Positions 43,675 through 47,512 of a DNA stretch of 47,512 nt are shown here, piece after piece; the first letter of the stretch is position 1; each line of letters starts with the position of its first letter. The notes under the pieces are model-generated. The model saw only the letters and a program-made list of their open reading frames with translations, ran no database searches and was not told where the DNA came from. The stretch lies in contig BLSG01000006.1 of assembly GCA_012862495.1 (NCBI GenBank), forward strand, positions 1 to 47,512, given 5' to 3'. Both the position numbers and the translations under genes were made by a program. The stretch is from Thraustochytrium aureum. Its lineage: Eukaryota.

Positions 43675-44217
43675 TGGAATGAAAAAAAGCGTTCTATATC
43701 GAACCTTTACCTCGCATTATTCGCCGCGAACCTGCTCCGGCAACAACTCCAGCAGCAACGGTGGCCAGCTGGCCAATCCGCTGGAGACGCGGGAAGCCGA
43801 ACAGACAGGCTTGCCACCCACCCACCCACTTTCTCGCACTGTGCGTGCGCCATTCAAGTGCTCTGCGGCGGGCTACCGGTTCGCTCGGCCGTCACGACAG
43901 CAGGACTCAGGCTGGCGCCTCCACCAGCTCGTCTCGTGGGAACAGCTCGCTCGAAATAGTTGATAGTCTTGCGTCAGGTGATCGCGCACCCCAGCAGCAA
44001 CGGCATCGCGCAGATCACTGCGCGTCGCGGTGCGCAGAGCTCGAGCGCCAGAGACGCTGACCGCGCTTGTGACACCTGCCAGCTTGAGGCAAGGCACAGG
44101 GGCCGACATCACTGGGCCTCGGCCGCCCCTGGCTTTGCCCGCCACTCGAAGAACGGCACAAAGGGCGCAAACTTGAGCCGCTTGTCGGTCGCGGCGCCCA
44201 ACTCGCCAGATTCCGCC

Positions 44218-45683
44218 TCACCCACTTTGGTGCTCTTGGCGCCCCGCATCCCTATTGAGGCGCTCCAGGAGCTGCTCGATGCGGCCCGCCTGAAGGGCGA
44301 GCGTGCGCCTGCGCTTCGAGGCGCCCCTTTTGGACGCACAGGCCTCCTCAAGACGCCGCAAGGAAGCGAGATGGCGCTGCAACTCGGAAGGCTGAAAATC
44401 GAGTCGCGCCATGTAGTGCTCCCAGCGGTCCGAGAGGAGCTGGTGCTCGAAGCAGAGAATCGACCTTTCAGTGAGCACGGGCGAGCCAGAGGGCTGAAAA
44501 ACGGGGTCAGTTGCGTCGAAATCGCCGATGCAGTCGTCGCAGATCAGCACAAAGTCCTTGCAGACCGCGCAAGCGGCGTTCTTTCGCGTCACGTTGAAGT
44601 GTTTGGCGCACTGCTGGCACCGGGCAGGTTCGTAGACCGCTGCGTTCTGGCCCTCGCCAACTTCTGGGCGCGAGAACCGGTTGTCAAATTGAAAGTTGAT
44701 GCCCTCGTAAAGGCAGGGCTCGCCGGTTCCGGGGCCCACGGGCGCCGCGCTGATCTCTGCCTTGGCAGTCAACTCTTGCGGGGTTTCGACGCAGAGCTTT
44801 TTCGTTCGGATCCCGCCGCGCTGCGCCTGCTCGCTGAACTGCTCGAGGTACGAGTGGATGCCGCCCTCGAGCTGGCTCACCTCGGATGCAATCCCCAGTT
44901 TCCGTACGTACGCGCTGGCCTTTTCGCAGCGAATGCCGCCCGTGCAGAACATGGCAATGTGCTTGCCGTGCAGGTGCTCGCGGTTGGCGTCGAGCCAGGC
45001 GGGGAACTGCGCAAAGTTGCGAATCTTGGGGTCCACCGCGTTCTTGAACGAGCCCACCGCCGTCTCGTAGTGGTTGCGCGTGTCGATGAGGACGATGTTG
45101 TCGTCCACTGCGGCGCGCTTGACGATCTCGTGAAACTCGGCCGGCTTGAGGTGGCGCCCGCCCTCTCCACCGAGCGCGGTCGGCTTGGAGCCCTTCATGG
45201 GCCCCGTTGACGTAATCTCCTTGCAGACTTTGATGGACAGCTCGCCCTCGAACGGGTCGGAGACTTTCTTGCACGAAGCCGCGCCCTTGCTGTATTTGTA
45301 CTGAATCCCGCCAAAGAGCTCGCTGGCCTCCATGAATTCCTGGTACTTTGATATCTGGGCCTCGCTGCCGAACAGCGTCCCGTTTATCCCTATCGCGCGG
45401 CCATCGTCGTCGCGCGACCACCGCGTGCCCCGCTGCAGCGTCAGCAACAGCCCAGGTCGCGCTTTGCTGCAGGTGCGGTCGGCGGCCCGTCGAGCAACTC
45501 ACCTTCTGCGGCAATCCGCATGCGACCGCTGAGTCCGAGCGCGGTGCACGTCTCTCGCTGCTGCTCCGCGGCGCTCTCGACAGCCTGATCGTCCCCTAGC
45601 TCGACGTACTTGTAGTACAGGATAACAAGGCCATCTTCGCGGCTGTCAGGCGCGACGCGCTTCTCCCCGAGTTGCTGCGCCAT
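44218..45683 (-). CDS. Rhodanese-domain TrhO/YceA-like protein (TSTD2-like)
   Basis: ILYYKYV, GRMRIAAEG|INGTL, HLKPAEFH, IDTRNHYE..VGSF, MFCTGGIRCEKAS, QLEGGIHSYLE, YEG.NF.FDNR, C-terminal Cys cluster. Confidence 0.88.
45390..45502 (-). other. Spliceosomal intron in TSTD2/TrhO-like gene
   Basis: GTGAGT donor, GCTGAC branch site, TAG acceptor; splicing restores the conserved EGINGT. Confidence 0.85.
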
Positions 45684-46187
45684 TCCGAGACGACGCCCGT
45701 GCGCGGGCCTTGTGCGTGCAGCTGCGCCAAGCCAGCCGAGCTGCGCCTGCCTTCCCGGGACGCTCCTCGACGCGCCCGCCGCCGTGGCCGCCGCTGCAGG
45801 GTTCCGGGTCTGGACCGGCTCGGATTGGGGCCACTTGCCCTCGTTTTCTGCGGTTTTTGACTGGCGGCGAGGGCCGCGACACACCCCGAAAGCCGCGACG
45901 CGAGCTGCGAGTCTGCCAGCCTCTTGGCACCCGAGGCTAGCTTGGGCACGTCGCACGAGCGCGTGCGAACCGGTCGCGTCTGCGCGGTCTGATTGGTGGC
46001 GAAGGTGGTTTTGATCAGTGGGCTGGAGGGTTGGTTTCGGGATTTTCGAGGCCCCCTCCCCGCGACCGAGCTGCGCTGCTCACGGCCGCGAGCCTGCAGG
46101 CTTGCGCCAGCGCTGGGCGACGGGCGCCGCCCCTGCTGGCTGCTGTGGACGGTGCGCTGCTAGAAGAGGCGGCCGGCGTCGGCGAGG

Positions 46188-47369
46188 ATGGAGCAAGTTG
46201 AGGAGGTGGTCTCCTTCCTGGCCTCGCCGCGCGCTGATGTTCGTGCAGAGGCGGCCAAGGTTGTCCTGTCGCTCACCGGGACCGATGGGGGCATCGTCAT
46301 GCTGAGCGCCGTTGACGGAAAGGACACCTGCACGCTACTCGCGCGCATGCTGGGCGACAGCGAGCCAGGCTCTCTCCACGCTGCAAATGCCCTCGTCAAC
46401 ATGACGACCAACGAGCGCGTTCGCGACGACCTCGCAGAGCGGCCTGCGGTGTGGTCGCACATCCTCGAGCGCCTCGGTGAGCTCCGGCAAGCCTCGTCCA
46501 AGGTCTCGCCAGTGTCGCGCACGTTGGTCAAGCTGCTCAACAACCTGACAACCACTGTTCCCGGGGCGCAGCGATTCTTGGCAGGTCGCTTGGGGCCAGA
46601 CCACCCCGGGTACGACTTGCGCATCCTACTCAATGTGTTTCTTCGGGCGCCGTCGGAGCTCCCTGAGGCTGCTATGGTGCTCACCAACATGACGCGACTC
46701 GACGAGGGCCGCGCGGTGGTGCTGGACCGCAAGCAGTCCTACCTCGCCCAACTCGTGGCGCTACTGCGCTCAGACGACTTGGCCGTGCGGCGCGGCGTGG
46801 TAGACACGGTGCGCAATTGCTGCTTTGCGATCGAGGATCATCGGCGGATGACGCGCCACACGCCAATGATCGAGAACCTCATCCTGCCTCTCGTCGGCCC
46901 GGAAGGGGTCGCGAGCCAGGACGACCTGGACGAGCTCCCAGAGCTGGTGCAAAAGGAGCTTGCGCGTGCCCAGGCGGGCGAGGTGGAGCTCCAGATTGAG
47001 CCAGACGAGGGCGTCAGGAAGGCCATCATCGACACCTTTCTGCTGCTTTGCACGACGCGCGCTGGTCGTTGCGCGCTGCGCGACAAGCACATCTACTCGA
47101 TCATCAAGGTCTACCATGCGGAGGAGACGAACGAAGACACCAACGAGGCGGTCTTCAAGCTGGTCGACTTTCTCCTTGGCGAGGAGGAAGCGGAAGAGGC
47201 GGAGGCGGAGGACGAGGACGATGAGGCTATTCCCGCCCGCGCCGACAAAGAGGGCGTTGTTGAGGCTGCCGCGGAGGCCGAACCCGCGTCCGCTGCCGCG
47301 CCGAATGCTCCACCAGGTGATGCTGCGCCTGGTGCTGCGAGCTCCGGCATCCTCTTTGAGCTGGACTAG
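46188..47369 (+). CDS. HGH1: HGH1 homolog (eEF2 chaperone; DUF383/DUF384 armadillo-like)
   Basis: E.VSFL.SPR.DVR..A, ALVNM, LLNNLT, NMT...EGR, RRGV..TVRNCCF, EPD..VR..I...LLLC.TR.GR..LR...IY.II...H, acidic tail. Confidence 0.88.
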   Translation: MEQVEEVVSFLASPRADVRAEAAKVVLSLTGTDGGIVMLSAVDGKDTCTLLARMLGDSEPGSLHAANALVNMTTNERVRDDLAERPAVWSHILERLGELRQASSKVSPVSRTLVKLLNNLTTTVPGAQRFLAGRLGPDHPGYDLRILLNVFLRAPSELPEAAMVLTNMTRLDEGRAVVLDRKQSYLAQLVALLRSDDLAVRRGVVDTVRNCCFAIEDHRRMTRHTPMIENLILPLVGPEGVASQDDLDELPELVQKELARAQAGEVELQIEPDEGVRKAIIDTFLLLCTTRAGRCALRDKHIYSIIKVYHAEETNEDTNEAVFKLVDFLLGEEEAEEAEAEDEDDEAIPARADKEGVVEAAAEAEPASAAAPNAPPGDAAPGAASSGILFELD

Positions 47370-47412
47370 GACCTTTTAAAATGAATTAAACAAGAAAGGA
47401 GGAAGCGTCTCG

Positions 47413-47477
47413 CCCAATCGCGGACCCCAATCGCAAACCCCAATCGCGAAACCCAATCGCGGACCCCAATCGCGACC
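47413..47477. repeat. Five tandem 13-bp units (CCCAATCGC plus 4 variable nt)
   Basis: cccaatcgcggac / cccaatcgcaaac / cccaatcgcgaaa / cccaatcgcggac / cccaatcgcgacc. Confidence 0.9.
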
Positions 47478-47512
47478 ATTGAAGCGGTATGCGAGCCACC
47501 AAACGGTCGTCG

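Noticed and set aside
47413..47477. CRISPR array or telomeric repeat
   Set aside because: Units are 13 bp with no unique spacers, there are no cas genes, the context is eukaryotic, and the sequence is not a known telomere motif

Overview
Gene-dense, GC-rich, intron-poor eukaryotic genomic DNA from a draft assembly, with 11 N-gaps and several small indel errors. Three GT-AG spliceosomal introns with branch-point motifs show it is nuclear eukaryotic. A CFAP97-domain gene suggests a flagellated stage; a labyrinthulomycete-like stramenopile is a guess, not shown. About 21 protein genes are supportable, mostly housekeeping or membrane genes: NVL/Rix7 AAA ATPase, Pol kappa, HGH1, TSTD2/TrhO, an RNF114-like RING, CDP-DAG synthase, an ABCD transporter, TRPML-like and TMEM175-like channels, a degenerate cyclophilin and glycosyltransferases. 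The standout is a contiguous five-gene purine-catabolism cluster at about 11.8-23.5 kb. It contains (1) a ~1,550-aa fusion of malate synthase + OHCU decarboxylase + beta-lactamase-fold serine hydrolase + allantoicase, (2) a bacterial-type FAD urate hydroxylase HpxO, (3) HIU hydrolase, (4) a GuaD-type guanine deaminase-family gene and (5) a TauD-family 2OG/Fe(II) dioxygenase, a candidate xanthine hydroxylase. Four of the five carry peroxisomal-targeting-like signals (ANL>, PRL>, AKL>, PTS2). No canonical allantoinase is visible, and the beta-lactamase-like domain sits at that step of the pathway within the fusion, so it is a candidate new allantoinase type.
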